This document shows positions 1-14,041 of a DNA stretch of 64,000 nt, in pieces. The notes beneath the pieces were generated by a model. The model had not been told where the DNA came from. It saw only the letters and a program-made list of their open reading frames with translations, and searched no databases. A program made the translations under genes and the position numbers. Source of the stretch: Squalus acanthias (taxonomy: Eukaryota). The stretch's first letter is position 1. Each line of letters opens with the position of its first letter. The stretch is from assembly GCA_030390025.1 (NCBI GenBank), contig CM059432.1, positions 90,088,001 to 90,152,000 on the forward strand, in the 5' to 3' direction.

Positions 1-94
1 TGATAGCGAATCGGCAGTCTGATTTACACCTCTCCCGATTTTTATTTCCATTGAAATCGGGAGAGATGTAAAATGGGCTCCGTTTTATACTATC
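1..94. mobile_element. Partial palindromic MITE, related to 39905-40071
   Basis: Hairpin tttacacctctcccgattt / aaatcgggagagatgtaaa; shares aaatcgggaga with the 39.9 kb element. Confidence 0.55.
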
Positions 95-140
95 AACAAC
101 AACAACTTGTATTTATATAGCGCCTTTAACATAGTAAAAT
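95..140 (-). mobile_element. Isolated L2-type 3' tail
   Basis: Near reverse complement of the tail at 21021-21067 (aaaggcgctatataaatacaagttgttgttg). Confidence 0.75.
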
Positions 141-3100
141 CATTTGTGGATTTTGTTGTCAGCAGTAGTGCATCTCAGTTTAGGTTTACATAGAATACGT
201 TCTATACCCCATCCTCAATAAGAATCAGTCACACACAATAGACTTCATCTATTCTAAGACTACCGAATTTCCGCTGCAATGTTTTTTAGGTCAGGTTTCA
301 TGATATTGTTACAGGATATTTGCTATGGCATGAACTTCATTATAATCCACATAATGCACAGCTTCCAAAGACCATGCCATAATGCGGGTGAGATATATCC
401 TAGTAGTAATGCTTTTAACTTTGACACGGAACCTGATAGTTTTGTCAGTATGTCAGAGGTTTTTGTCCTTAAGTCATTATTACTTACCCATAAGCAGAAG
501 AAGGCAGGGTTTGATCTCAGAGATCCCTGAAAGAGACTGAAAGCTGCTGCTTGGGCAGTTGAGGTCTAACATCAGGGTGCGGCATCCTGAGTGGTTAAAG
601 TGACAAAATTAGAGCAGAGAACAGTAATGAAATCTCATCTCTGGAGACAGAGAGACTACGTGTGAAATGAAGGATTTCACACTAAAAGTGTTCTTTTCTT
701 TAGTATTTGTAAAAGATAATCACAACTTCTGGGATCTTTCCTTATTAGTCCATAACCTTTATTATAAATTAAGTATGTTTTGAATTTTCTGCTTTATCTT
801 ATAAATCCTTTGTCCATCATTAAGTTAAAATTTTCTTTGGCTAAAAACCGTGACTCTTTTTAATTAATTAATTGTAGGGGGAGGCACTTAAAGCTCGTAG
901 TTGAGCGGGAATGTTCATTCAGAGGGTCAGAATTCAGAGCCATTTTCATTTGAGGATGATATTTGAACTTGATTCCCCTCAGAGAGCTTTTGTACTGTAT
1001 ATGGTGGAAGGAGAAGGCTCTTGCTCTTGACCCTGGATAGATCCATTTGGAATACTAGAGTGTTCCATCTATCAAGGGGAGGGGGGACCTTGAGGGTAGA
1101 GCAAAATATTATGAATCATTTTAATTAAAGCTTATTGGGCTTTAGACATTAATTGTGGTTATCCTCCAAACAGCATGTGCAAAATATGGATTAAAAACAT
1201 TGAACTGATTAGAACTAGATTCTTATATCTCCTTGTTAAAATGTATTAGACAAATGTTATTTTTATTCTGATGTTTAATGCTCTAGTGCCGTTAGCATAA
1301 TCTCCATAATATACATTTTAGCCTTTTTCTGTCAAAAATGTTGTTCAAAGCCACCTTTTTCTGTGCATTTCATATCAAGAATAAAAGTATATATATTTAA
1401 ACTGAAATTTAAACTGTGTTAGTTTTCCTGAGTAAAGTAGATTAGGAAAAGAATTATTGCTCAAGCATAAGCTTATGATATTCGGCACAACTGTGAGAAT
1501 GTAATATATCTGTTACAAAAAGACAGTTAAAAATATCATTGAACTCACTTTGGAGATCACCTAACCCTGGAGTTTCTGCTAATTAATTTTGATTATAATT
1601 AAGAAAAGCTATTGCTCCAACATTCGGCATGGCACTGTGCCCGTTTTTACCACAGCATGTAATAAACCTTGTGCATTAAAAAGTACCCTGAGCTCTATTT
1701 AGACCCTGTGGCCTTGAAAGTCTCACATTTTCTAATGAGAAATGTATTAGGCAAATAGACTGCCATGTCCTCCTTCAGCCATTAATTTGATACACTTTAG
1801 TCTTTTCCTTGTAGCCAGGGAAATATTACTCAACAATCATTCTTTTTAATTTCTGCAGTACATGATCTCACATTTAGTAGTAGAGGCAATGAGAAAAATC
1901 AGGGCATTTTTTTTATAGGAAAAGATGTAAAAACTGTGCATACTTTGTTATCAAACCAGATAGGATTTTTTTCTGTGGAATTTATATCTTAATCAAAATA
2001 AACTACAAGCAGGATTTAACATTTTGTTGCACGTAGGAGTCTAATTGAAATATTACTGTAGGCCTGTCTCAGGGTTTAAAATATATATTTTTCTATAAAC
2101 AGCTTCTAGTTTCTAACAAGCCTCTGTTGCTCTTTTACAAATATTTTCTTTTTGCTGCATTCAAGCAAATAGAGAGGTAAAAGGATAAAGATATGTATCT
2201 GGCGGACAGTTTACCTCAGAGGTTTATTTGTTTGTGGCACGTTGGAACCCTCTAAAGTTATAGCCTCAGCACTGCTGTTTGCTATTAAGTTGATGGGGAG
2301 AGTCTATCCCGCAGTTGCTCTGTGCTGCTGACACAAAGTCTTTGTTCCCGTTCAGATTAGTCAAACTGTTGTGAGGGTCAGGCCAGGGTCAGACTCCATG
2401 ATGATGTATAGGAGAACATGTCTGGGAATTTCTCTCGCTCTTAAAACACATACCAGAAAGGCAGAAGAGGGCCGAGCAAACTGACTGATGAGACCCAGAT
2501 GATAGTCACTCTTACTAGGTTCATAATTTGCCTTTTAACACACCATGTTTTATTAATGTGTGCCGTGATAGCCTTGAAAATTTCATGTCCCCCGAAGGTA
2601 AGGACACTCCGTGACACTTCATTTCCTCGCCCACGGGAAATGGGTCAGTAAATCCAGTGAAAGAACAATGCATAAATTCTCAAGGATGAGAAAGAAAGGT
2701 CTTTCACAAGCTTTCTAAGGTTGTAGGGCCCGACACTGGATAGGAGCTGTGTGTGCACTTGGCATTAACACAGCCCTATCAGGTCATGATCACAGACTCT
2801 CAGCAGCCCAAACTGTGCTCCCCTACCACCTTTACAAATACAGCCTTGTCCACCTACTGTGACCAGCAAGCTTGCAGAGTCACCACTTTGATTAACAATC
2901 AAGATCGGTAAAATACTGAAATGCTACCATAGAGACAAGTAAGGGGGAGTAGATGCAGTCCAATAGAGTTTGGAAACCAATTCTAATCAATCTGAAGCGG
3001 GTTAATCTGTGCACATCAAGGTACAAATCAATTTAGATCAATCTGTTTTTAACACACCCTTGAGATGGATTAAAAGAGATCAGTTTAAAATGATCCCATT

Positions 3101-4674
3101 TCTTGCCTTTGTGTAAAGGCAAAATCTACTCCTATCATATCTAATATGTACAGCAAATAAATTGAATTGATTTCAAATTGAAAAATAAAATTAAACAACC
3201 TGTACCTGTATGTAAAAGCAAACATAGTATTTTATATCCCGTAGAATGTTTTTAATCCACTGATTGAGCACGGCACTCAGGTTTATTATTTCTGCATTTC
3301 AGAATTTTGGAATGCTGTCACCCAAAAGTCATCTTAGTGCTAAACTAGCAATTTTTGTAACCAGCTGCTACATATGACAGGGAATATATCATCCTGCTGT
3401 CAGAACACTATCAATAAAACATAGCATTCAGAGTGCGCTCATTTTTCCCCCTTCAATCACTATAGCATTTGCAATGAAAATGTTATGTTATATTTATTCC
3501 TGAGCTGATGTGTTGTGCTTAAATGTAAAATGGTATAGTAATATGGAACTTAAGGGGTTAACTTGTCTTAGTCAGTTAACAAAAGCATTGCTTATCAAAC
3601 AAGAGCTGGGGGATGATATGTCAGTGTGCTTGGGACCTGTTCGCCTCCTCAGGGTCAATTCTTATGGTTATTAAGATTTTATGAATCTGATGAGTGCAGT
3701 CTTTTGCTTTGACCGACAGGATACTGTGCCATTTTCTTTCCATCTCCTAATTTGTTTAATTCCTACCGGGACCTGCAAATATGATTTTTATTTTGCAATG
3801 CAATGAACGCAGCATGCAGTGCTGTGGGAGTTGCGGGCCTGGTTATCTGGCATTACTCAGACTGCTAAAAATTCATTAAAATGTGACATCAACACAGTGA
3901 GAGACAAATGATCACAGGATGAAAAGGAACAGTGGGCATTTCATGGATTAGTGCTGCATAACCCGAGCCATGCAGCTAACTGCATAAACAGATTAATCCA
4001 GCACAATACATAACTATTTAAATTGGTGTCAGCTTTTGCATTTATAGATTTGGCTATAGATATAGATGGAGGTATGCAATATAATCTGTCTTTAGCAAGC
4101 ATTTTAAATGGGTGTCAACTGTATGCTAGTTGAGAGAATATTACATTTGTATCTAAAAGAGTGCCCCCTATAGGTAGTCATCTTTTCTAAAATGAATCAT
4201 ACATTCTCCAATCAATACAGAATGACCAAAAAGCTAAATTAGTTCAATTTTCTACTGTGGCATTCACTAAATGTTGTGCTTGACTATATTCAATTATATA
4301 TTGTTAATAAAATCCTGCATACAATTTTCTATTATCACTTATATCAACAGATGTAGATATGTGTTCTATAATCATTTTTATGGTTGTTGTGAGAAACATC
4401 TAAAGTTCAACATTAATTGAATTTTGCATCCACATATGCAATTAAATACGTTACTTTAGATTTACAAGTGGTGAATAGTATTTTACTTGGATAATAGTTA
4501 ACCTTCCAATGCAGAGTAAAAGCTTTGAAATTAGTACTGAACAGCATATGCTGTATTTTTATTTTTTACTATCTGTGAAGTACAAGGTACAGAATACAGT
4601 AAATGTTTCTCCTAAACAAATCGTGCACAGTTTGTAATCTGCTATCCTAATCTCCCATATATTTTTAATTGCAG

Positions 4675-4794
4675 ACGAGCAGAGTGAAGACTCTGAAGGA
4701 CCTGGTAAAACCACTGTTCCAGCTGCTGCTACTGATAACAAGGACACAAGTGAAAAAGACAACAAAGAAAACAAGAAGTCTGACAAAGACTCTG
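4675..4794 (+). CDS. ZFHX4: ZFHX4 internal coding exon (phase 1-1, 120 nt)
   Basis: Acceptor ttaattgcag and donor G|gtaata; open frame (x)EQSEDSEGPGKTTVPAAATDNKDTSEKDNKENKKSDKDS, resembling the recalled human ZFHX4 segment EEQSEEAEG...DTSERDNSEGKNSNKDSG; phase joins next exon. Confidence 0.85.
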
Positions 4795-7700
4795 GTAATA
4801 CTTGTAGATTTTGTCATTTTTCCATATTAAATTTTCTTTGATCTTAATATTATTTGCTCAGTTCCCCTCCCCGTCTCAATCATGTTCATCACATGTGTGT
4901 TTTACATGTGATTTCTATCAGTAGCCTCACGCTGACCTATTTTTAATCATAACCATCTGACAGGATAGATGCGGATAAGTTGAAGAATATTACAGAATGG
5001 CCAGTGAGATTATTTTTTAATCAAATAAGTTTGCGTGCTTGTAATTTTAAGCGCCTTTCATTAATCTTTGCTGTACTTGTGATTCCTCTGATGACATATT
5101 AATTTTGTTTAAGCTCAGGATTAGATACCAATCATGTATTTTTTCCATTATGGTGAGGCATATCAGTATCGCTGACCAGAGGCCTTTCAGTCTACTTTTT
5201 TTTAGTCATTTTCCTTAGTAATACAAAGCAGCCTTCTCTACCTGAGCAATAAATTCTAAATTAATGCTTTTTGCAGAAATTGTCCTGCTTTAATCGCATC
5301 TTGCATAAAACCAGCATCTGGTATAAATACCACAGGCTCCTTTCTCTATTTTACTTGGCAGATATTGCAGGGTGCATGATTTGCTGGGTTTTTTTCTTAG
5401 TTTGTATTTTTTTGAGTTTTGTATCAAAGAGAAAACTGCAGTCAAAAAATAGTATTACGTTAGCTGTCTTTTTAGGCGCGTTAGGCACAGTCACATTATG
5501 TTGGATGCGGTAAAGCAGAAGCAGTGAAATAGGTTAAAGACTATTGGTTCCAGGTAGTCATATGTCTTTTTATACCCAGAAGACATGAACTCCAAAATGA
5601 GTCTGTGAAAATAAATACACACTATTTTTTTAAAAAGGAAACTCCGCTGCCTTACATGAAGATTAAAAAGGGAATTTTAGTAAGCATATTACAATTGGTA
5701 TCTTTATTTGCACCACTGCTACTAGGCAGTTTCAATTCGGGCCAATTGATTGTGCATCAGGAAAATAGATCTTCACTTTTCAGTTTAATTTTCACAATTT
5801 CAAAATCACTCCAGATTATACAATATGGGCCTCAGTAAAATAAAACCCAGTTAGTAGCTAAACCCTTGTCATTTTTTTCCAGCATTAGAGTACTTGTGTC
5901 GCCATGTTGTTGCATACATTAGTTTATCGCAGTAATTGGTACATTGGAATAATCAGGAAGCAGAATTCAAGACCCTAAGTACAAGTAGCTTTTACTGGGC
6001 CGAAATTTCATCTGGAGAAGCAGAACTCACCAATATCTCATTTATATTGTCGTTTTAATCTAGTGTCACTTTAGATTAATTATAATCGAAATTACATTTT
6101 CAATGCAAATGTATTAATCTGGATAAACTCCAGATTAGTTCTGCACTGCATAGATGTAATGTGTTCTCTGACATGGCTTAAGGGAACAGTTTTAATAATG
6201 CAGTAAACACAAGAAAGATGTAAATTAACCTTCATTATTCCAAGCAAAATTACCAGTAGATATATCTTCGTTTGTGAGCAGGCTTTCCTTATTCACAAAC
6301 ATGAATTTCTTTTTATTATTTGAATATCATTTAGGCATGCACTAAGAAGTGAAATCATAATTCCTGATAGGTGCAGTGAAATAAAACTAAGACATCAGAA
6401 TTATTAAGCAACAAATCTGATTTTTTAACCAGTTTTCTTCATTGCTACTGAGAGGCTTTGTAAAAAAATACTGCAAGAAGTATTCTTATCCAACTGTCGG
6501 CATACTAGTGCAAAGTTTAAGCTTAGGGCTTGATGCATGACTTAGTTTGACATTTAAATGCTGCCATTTGAACTATGGGTCAGTAATGGTTAACCTACTT
6601 TTCCATCTCTGTATTTCACATCAATGACAAGAGATGTAAAATGTAATGGAAAAGCACTACGTCTGCTATTGTATTCTATTTAACTCATGTCATTTAAATG
6701 TTTGAGACCAATTAACTCATGATGGACTATAGTAGAGATTTAGCACCAAAATTCACATTGAAACAAATTTTTAATTTTAGAAATTGTATTTTAGTAATGC
6801 TGTGGATTGAGATACGTTCTGTGGATCAGAAAATGTCTATAATTTTACAGTCAGCACTTGAAATGTACAGAATGTTACTATTGAAGGTTAAATACAAAAT
6901 AATCAATGTGCATTTTTGAAAGCCAAAAATACAGTACTGAAAGCATTAAATTAAAGTTGCATGAGATGAATACCTTGTAAATATGAAATTTGTGATGCTG
7001 TAAATTTAGTTAATACATTCAGCTTGTCTGAGGCAAAGCACTTCTCTTCCTGAATTAAATCATTCCAAACATCATCACTTACAAGACTCAAAATGAGTTT
7101 AATATTCATATTTTTGAAAACATTATTTTAAGCTGTTTTATAATTAATTGCAACGCATGCATAGGTTTTGTTATAATTAAATGCTATGCCAATGCAACTG
7201 TACATTGTACTGTTACGTGCATCTTAAGGTAAGTTTGCTATAATTCATGATTATGTCAATAATGGGTTCAGTATTACAAAATGGTACAAATAAGGGATTT
7301 TTCAATATTTTTTCAAAGAAGTAGTTAAGGACGGTGTTAATGGTTTCATTGAACGGAAGTAGCTAACAATCTAGTACCACTATTTAGCATCTTTAAATCT
7401 ATGAAACAGGAGTGTTTAAACTGAATTGTTCCTTCTCATTTTCATTCTCTCTTTTAGCTGATTAAACAGGCTGTTTGTTTCTCTTACTTTGGGTCCTTTT
7501 CATTACGTGTTTAGCAATAAACCTATTAGTGTTTGGAGTAGATCACTTTGCTTTCTACACACTATCTAAGGATTATTCTGCTCTTTGTATTACTGAGGCT
7601 TTTAATGCTTGTGGCTAATTCAGTACCAATTATTACTAATAACAAAAAATATATTATAGCACAAACAATGATTGTTGAGACTTGGACATAAGTCACAGAA

Positions 7701-10471
7701 TTAATTTAGGGATAGTAGGAATTCGAATATGAGACATAAAAGGTGAATGCATTTTATTTGCACCCATTGGACAATAATTGGAATAGTATGCTAACTAGAT
7801 GTTTCTATGTTAATAGTGCCACATTATTTTCAAGTAGATAAGCAATGTCAGGGCTATTCTTGAAAATCAAATCTCTCAGACAGCTGCAATCAGCAGCCAG
7901 GTTAATTGCCTGACTTGTAGACTAGATTCTTGCTGTGCAAATATCACACACCACATTTTGGTTTGTTGTAATTGACCAAGCTACCAGGATCATGAAGAAC
8001 CTGTGTCATTCTGAGAAATATCATGTGGCAGCTACTTAGAATAGTGCACTATTGTTATAGGTGAAAATAAAATGAGGTCAGAATACATACATAAGCAGAA
8101 ACAATTTTATGTTAAGGAATGTGACAGCAAGCTCTAAAGCTGAGTATTAAACATAATGTTAATAAAAATTAAATGTCAGCCATAAATGTAATATGTGCTG
8201 CTTAAGGACTTGCTTGTCAAAAGATAGCATTTATGAGGTAAAAGTATTTGTCTGCAGACAAAAAGATAGGTATGATTTTTTTCTACTAATGATAGCTCTT
8301 GTCATGAAGACCTTTCTAAGAACATGTAGTAGGAATAATTTACGTATATTAGAATTTACATATTGTCATCTATTAAAATAGCTTCACTCTCTTATGTTTC
8401 ATTTAAATAAGTTATTGTGCATTCATCACATAGTATATTCTTCTTTTTTTATATTTATTTATGTTGCATCTGATACTAATCGATTGCTCATCTTCATTGC
8501 ATTACGAGATATATTTTCACGACATTGTCCAGTGATGCTGTCCTCACCTTCAAGATAATTTAGTTTCAAATTGACTGGAAGATGGTGAAAATTGAAAGTT
8601 AAAATTAGAAGTGCTTATAATAATAAACTGCTGAAAAAAATGTCAAATGATGCTGAGCAGGGATGAGATTGGAAAGGTTGGTAAATGAGGTTTTCTGTTT
8701 GCCATGAGATGTATGTGACATGCCTACCCAACACCGGTGTAATATCCAGCCTAGAATAAAAGATTATCTGGCAATTTGTTGTTGGAAAGAATACTGTGAT
8801 ACACTGGGAAATCAGCATTGCGCTCTTGTTTCTGATGTGCCTGATTTTTCTTTTTTGTGACATAGAGCTGGCTAGACTTTTATTCCAAATATTTGTATCA
8901 CAGGTAGCGTAAATTTGAGCTTGAATTTCACTTGAGTGAAATAGAATGGCATTCGTTACTGGAGTAAAAAATCTTTGACCATCAATAAGGATCTAGGAAT
9001 GCACAGCAGACATAAACATATAATACTGTTTAGCACATAAAACACAGTTAATGTTTATATAGGCTGATCTTTTTGTCAAATGCAGTGTTCTGAACTGAAG
9101 CAGATTGGAATCCAGACTGCTGAGCTGGTCAGAGAGTAATATTGATTAATCTTCCAAGCTAGCAAAAGGTTATCTAAACAGCTGAGAAGTAATTATTAGA
9201 TTTATCAAGTTGGTCTGTTTTACAATTTTTTAAATTTTTTTTATGAAAGAAGAGTTTTTTTGTTTGGTTAAAATTTGATTTTACGTAGTCACTTAATTCT
9301 TTGGCTCAAATGCAAATAAAATGTTTTGGCTGGTACTTTTTTTTCCAAATTTACACAAACTTCTATATGTTTTCCATCATCTTATTTGAGTATTTGCAGT
9401 TCCCTTGAACCGACAGTTAGTGTAGCTCTGTGGTTGGAAATGTCTTGAAGCTTCAGATACAACAAAATTGATTTGGATTTTTTTTTGCTAAAATATCAAA
9501 GCTAAGAAACAAGTGTAGTAAAGGTCTGAATTACCAGAGTATTGTATTGTCTGGTCTGTGTTTAGAAATTATTGAATGCAAGGATGACATTCTTTTGTAC
9601 TTGCAGCTAGTAAGCAAGAGTTCTGATGATATCTGACAATGGAGTTGCTCTGCCCAACCAGTAGGAGGTGTTTATAACCTGCTATCCAGGCACAACTGAG
9701 GCACTGGTAGAACTGAAATCAAACAAATATTGGGAGCACTATTTATGCGTAAAGATAAATTAACTTCTTTAATTTGAGGAGAGAAACTTTGATTATTCTT
9801 CCACCTTGCTGCTGTTTCTTCCTTTCTCCAGATATAGTGAGTAATTAACAAAGTAGTGTGACATCCTGGTTGGTGCTACTAGACGCCATTACTTTAGGTT
9901 AAAAAAAAATTGCTTATATTTCTGGGAGTATATTTGTAAGAAAATGGAAGCATTAGAGGTGCAAAATTGGGTTTGTTAGCGCCCGTTTTTTGGGTGCTAC
10001 GAGTGCCCTTAGAGCTATAAAATGGCGGATGCAGTGCGCGCCCACACTTGGGCAAATCGCGCTGGATGCCATATTTGTGAGGGCGTTAGCGTGCACAGTG
10101 AACATCTGCCGGAAGTTTGCAGAGCAGGCAGATCATGACTTCATTCAGCATGCCACGCTGATTTGACACCAGCGCTGCCATTTTGGTGCTCAACACTCCA
10201 GCTAACACCCTCTCTTAACCTCGCACAGCTGACCATGTGTTCAGCAGCAGGAAGGACCCCACCCTCACCACCAGCGCTATTTAAAGGAATTATCAACTAC
10301 TTACAGGTTAGTTGCTGGTTGATTTCTTCTGGCTGTTGCTACAGTTCTACAAGTATTCAGTGCTTTCTATAGTTGATTTAAGTTGCTAAAGTCTACAGGG
10401 AGTGGTGTGGCAGGTGCAGAAGGACTTTTTGCTGACTTCAAGGCTTCTGCACAAACCAATTACTGCTAGAC

Positions 10472-11584
10472 ATGGGTGCATTAGTAGGGATTCCCCTTGG
10501 AATACAGCATGACTTGGAGAATGAACAGAAGCCACGCAGATCACGACAAGCTGCTAGAAGAGGGAGGAGGTGGAGGGGGAGAAAGGTTCTCAGCAGGAGG
10601 CCATATCCGCCCTGGGTGTTCAGGGAGCAATTCGCTTACGTGAACCTCATCAAGGAACAATATGTGTGACGTCTGCACTTCAGTAAGGACATCCTCACTT
10701 AAATTTGCCACCTGCTGAATCCACAACTACAACCTCAGAGCAGATCAAGGACCGTATTGCTAGTGGCTGTGACTATGGTGATGAATTTTTATGCATCAGG
10801 CTCTTTCCAGGCTGGAGCTGGAGATATTTGCAGCAACTCCCAGTTTGCCATCCACTGTTGCATAAGGGAGGTCACTGAGGCTCTCTCTACAAAGAGAACT
10901 GACTACATTTCATTCTCTCTTGCCAGAGACAAGCAGGCGGAGCGAGCACGGGCTTCGCTAGGATTGCAGGCTTCCCCCTGGTGCAGGGTGCCATTGATTA
11001 CACACATGTCAACTCTGCCCTATACCGGAACCAAAAGGGATTCCACTCCCTCAACATCCAGGTGCTGTGCGACCATAGGTAGCGAATCATACAGGTCAAT
11101 GCCCAGTATCCTGGCAGCAGTCATGATGCCTTCATTCTGCGGCAGTCCACTGTGCCAGCTGCAATTGAGTCACCACGGCAAACCAAAGGGTGGCTGCTGG
11201 GAGACAAGGGCTATCCGTTGACGACATGGCTCATGACTCCAGTGCGCAACCCATGCACACGTGCGCAGCATGCATACAATGAAAGCCATGCTGCCACACG
11301 GAATGTGACAGAACAGACCATTGGCGTGCTGAAACAATGCTTCCGCTGCCTGGACCGCTCTGGAGGAGCCCTGCAGTACTAGGCAGAGTGGGTGTCAAGA
11401 TTTGATGTGGTCTGCTGCATACTGCACAACCTTGCCATTATGAGGGCACAGCCCTTGCCACCAGCTATACGGTGAGCAGCTGAGGAGGAGGAGAAGGAGG
11501 AGGAAGAGGAAGTGAGGAGCACCTAGACAGCCACTTTCTGCCCGGGCTGTCCATGAAGAACTCATCCGAGTGTAATACCAGTAA
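10472..11584 (+). pseudogene. Harbinger (HARBI1-like) DDE transposase pseudogene
   Basis: Motifs NFYASGSFQ, GFPLVQGAIDYTH, KGFHSLNIQVLCD, YPGSSHDAFIL, WLLGDKGYPL, TEQTIGVLKQCFRCLD, CCILHNLA; several stops and a frameshift near 10950. Confidence 0.92.
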
Positions 11585-11752
11585 CCACAACCCCAATTCC
11601 CCATTCACCAACAGCCCCACACCTTACCTTCCCTCTGTTACTGACCATCACAGTGTCCTCTTGGCCACAATGCAAAAATAAAAGCCTCCATACAATAAAT
11701 ATTCCAAATCAAATTTATAAATCAAAGCTGCCATATTACATACAAATGTAAA

Positions 11753-13600
11753 CTAATCACCCTTGCGAATTCCCTTAGTGCCTGCCTTCCGCGTGCTTTT
11801 GCCTATTCTAGTGCTCCTACAAAGTGCTACCCCAGTGGCTGCAGCATGGCTGGTGGAAGGCTGCTGACTTTCAGTGGAGGTGACTGCGGATGGCCTTGCA
11901 GGCTGACCTCGAGCAGCTCTGGGCCTAGAAAGCCCAGCTGTGGACTGTACCATCTCAGCATGGGCAGCAGCAGTCTGAACTGGCTGACTGACATGCAACA
12001 GCAAGGCACTGGCGAAGTGGCAGTGGTGGGAGGACGAATGCTGTCATCCTGAGAGAGGACAGCAGATTTGTCCTGCACAGATCCACTGCCATGCCCCTGG
12101 GACGCCGCCTCAGCAATCCTAGTAATCTGTTGGAGGACAGATAGCTGGACTGCTGTGACACCCTGCAAGCCCCTTTGAACACTGCAATCCACAGCCATGA
12201 TGGCAGCAGTCTGAGCTTCCACTGCAGCACTCAGACATTGGGTGACTGCTGCTTGTGCTATAATGGGAGCTGAGATATCAGCCATCAGACGCTACATCAT
12301 GGTTGGGTCCACAAGTGTGCTAATGGTGTTGGCCACCACTTCCATACTGGAAAGAGTGAGCTCCAAGCCCTCTGCCAAATTGGTGCCAGACTCCTGCATG
12401 CCCCTTGACATTGCACGCAGGCTTTCTGGCAGGCTTCCCAATGCACCAAGCATTTCATTGTGTACACCTATCAGCCTTCTTCTGTAGCCTGCTCCATTGA
12501 AGTCCTCATCTAAATCCTCTGCAGCAGAACTCCCATGCGACATCACCCTCCAGCGAGCTGGAGCCTGGCACCTGCACTATCCTTGCCTCCTGCTCTGGCT
12601 GCAGGCCACTTGTGCCCAGTGTCTCACCACGTGCAAATCCCGCCTCTATGCTATCCTCTAAATTACACAGTGTCAGTATCTGAACTGGTGGCTGCGAGTG
12701 TGAAATCAAGTGACAGTGTGTCTTCATCATCACTGTATTCTTGCTCTTCCAACACTGCCTGGGCAGGTTGCAGTTGTTGGGTATCTGAAAGGAGAAAAGC
12801 ACAAGGGTAAGATTGTGATGAGGGGAGGGGGAAAGTAAGAGGTGTGCGCTTACACTATCAGAAGCTTGTAAAGTAGAAGAGAGTGTGAGATGAGGGGGTA
12901 GTGGAATGTGAGAAGAAGGATTAGGTATGATGACACCATCATCTTCGATGGTTTCAGCCCCACCATTAGCCACGGCCTCAGCAATGGACATTCCAGTAAT
13001 GGGCAGCACCGTCTCCTCCATGGGGGTTAGGACATGCAGACAGGCTTGTCCCCTGCCAGTTAGCTCCTGTTGCCTCCGGTTGTATGCCACATTTTCCTGC
13101 AAGAGAGAGGGAAGTGCGTCAGTGAGAGTGGTGCAATCTGTTTGGGTGATGTGCCTGTCATGGTTTAAAAGCTGGCAGTGTGTGCATGCTGTGAGATGAG
13201 GGTGTGAGGCTTACAGCAGTGCTAAGTGTGTGAGGGTGAGGTGAAGCAAATTAATGTTAGGTATGAGTCCTAATTGATAGAGATTGTTGGTCGGAGAGTA
13301 GATGTTGTGGTGAATTGAGGAGTGGCTGAGGCTACTGGTGCAGTTTGTGGAATATGGCATTTGAAGATGCATTCACTGACCTTGACCACTCATGTGAGGT
13401 CATTGAACTTCTTCCAGGTCCTCGGGGCTTGACTCCTGGCATTGACCTCCACAGCTATCTGCTCCCACTGGCTTCTGAGTGTGTGTCTGGAGGGCCTCCT
13501 GCCCCCTGAGGATACAGGGCATCTCTCCTACTTTCCACCTCTGTCACCAAGGCCTCCAATGCAGCGTCTGAAAAACTTGGAGCCCGTCCTCTCCCAGGTT
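11753..13600 (-). pseudogene. Harbinger Myb/SANT-like DNA-binding protein pseudogene, three exons (~13600-13381, 13096-12937, 12784-11753)
   Basis: Minus strand FSDAALEALVTEVESRRDALYPQGGRRPSRHTLRSQWEQIAVEVNARSQAPRTWKKFNDL; GT-AG introns whose phases preserve frame; stops and frameshifts; start codon not identified. Confidence 0.85.
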
Positions 13601-14041
13601 GTGCCGTTCTCCACTGTTTCCCAGGTCAGATTCACTCCCTGAATGACTGCCAGCACCTACTGCAGCCACAATGTACCTCCCCTTTAAGAGGTGCGAGCTA
13701 GCTTTAACTGGTGCTAGAAAGTTACAATTTTGGGCCCCCTGCTGATGCGTGCAGCCAATCAACAGCGCAGTTAGCACACTGAAATCATGGAAATGAGCCG
13801 GCAGCATGAAGTTGGCGTGCTATCTACATTGCATTGAACGGGCATCGCGATCCCCGCGCCCGTTTTCAGGGGCTATCCAATTTAGCACCCCTCGTGTCTT
13901 TAAGTGACGAGCTAAATCCAACTAGTCTGCTCACCAATTTTTAAAAGTGAAGGACATGGGTATTTAAATAATAGATATTTGTTTGCTGAATTGCAGTTTA
14001 TGAATACATTCATATACTGATAAGTTATATTCTCTTCGCAG

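Larger units (their letters stand above)
9956..13891. mobile_element. PIF/Harbinger DNA transposon, near full length, decayed
   Basis: TIRs gaggtgcaaaattgg / ccaatttagcacccc (13/15 match); convergent transposase and Myb/SANT genes; TSD not resolved. Confidence 0.9.

Noticed and set aside
10472..11584. Domesticated HARBI1 host gene
   Set aside because: Multiple stops, a frameshift and flanking TIRs indicate a decayed transposon
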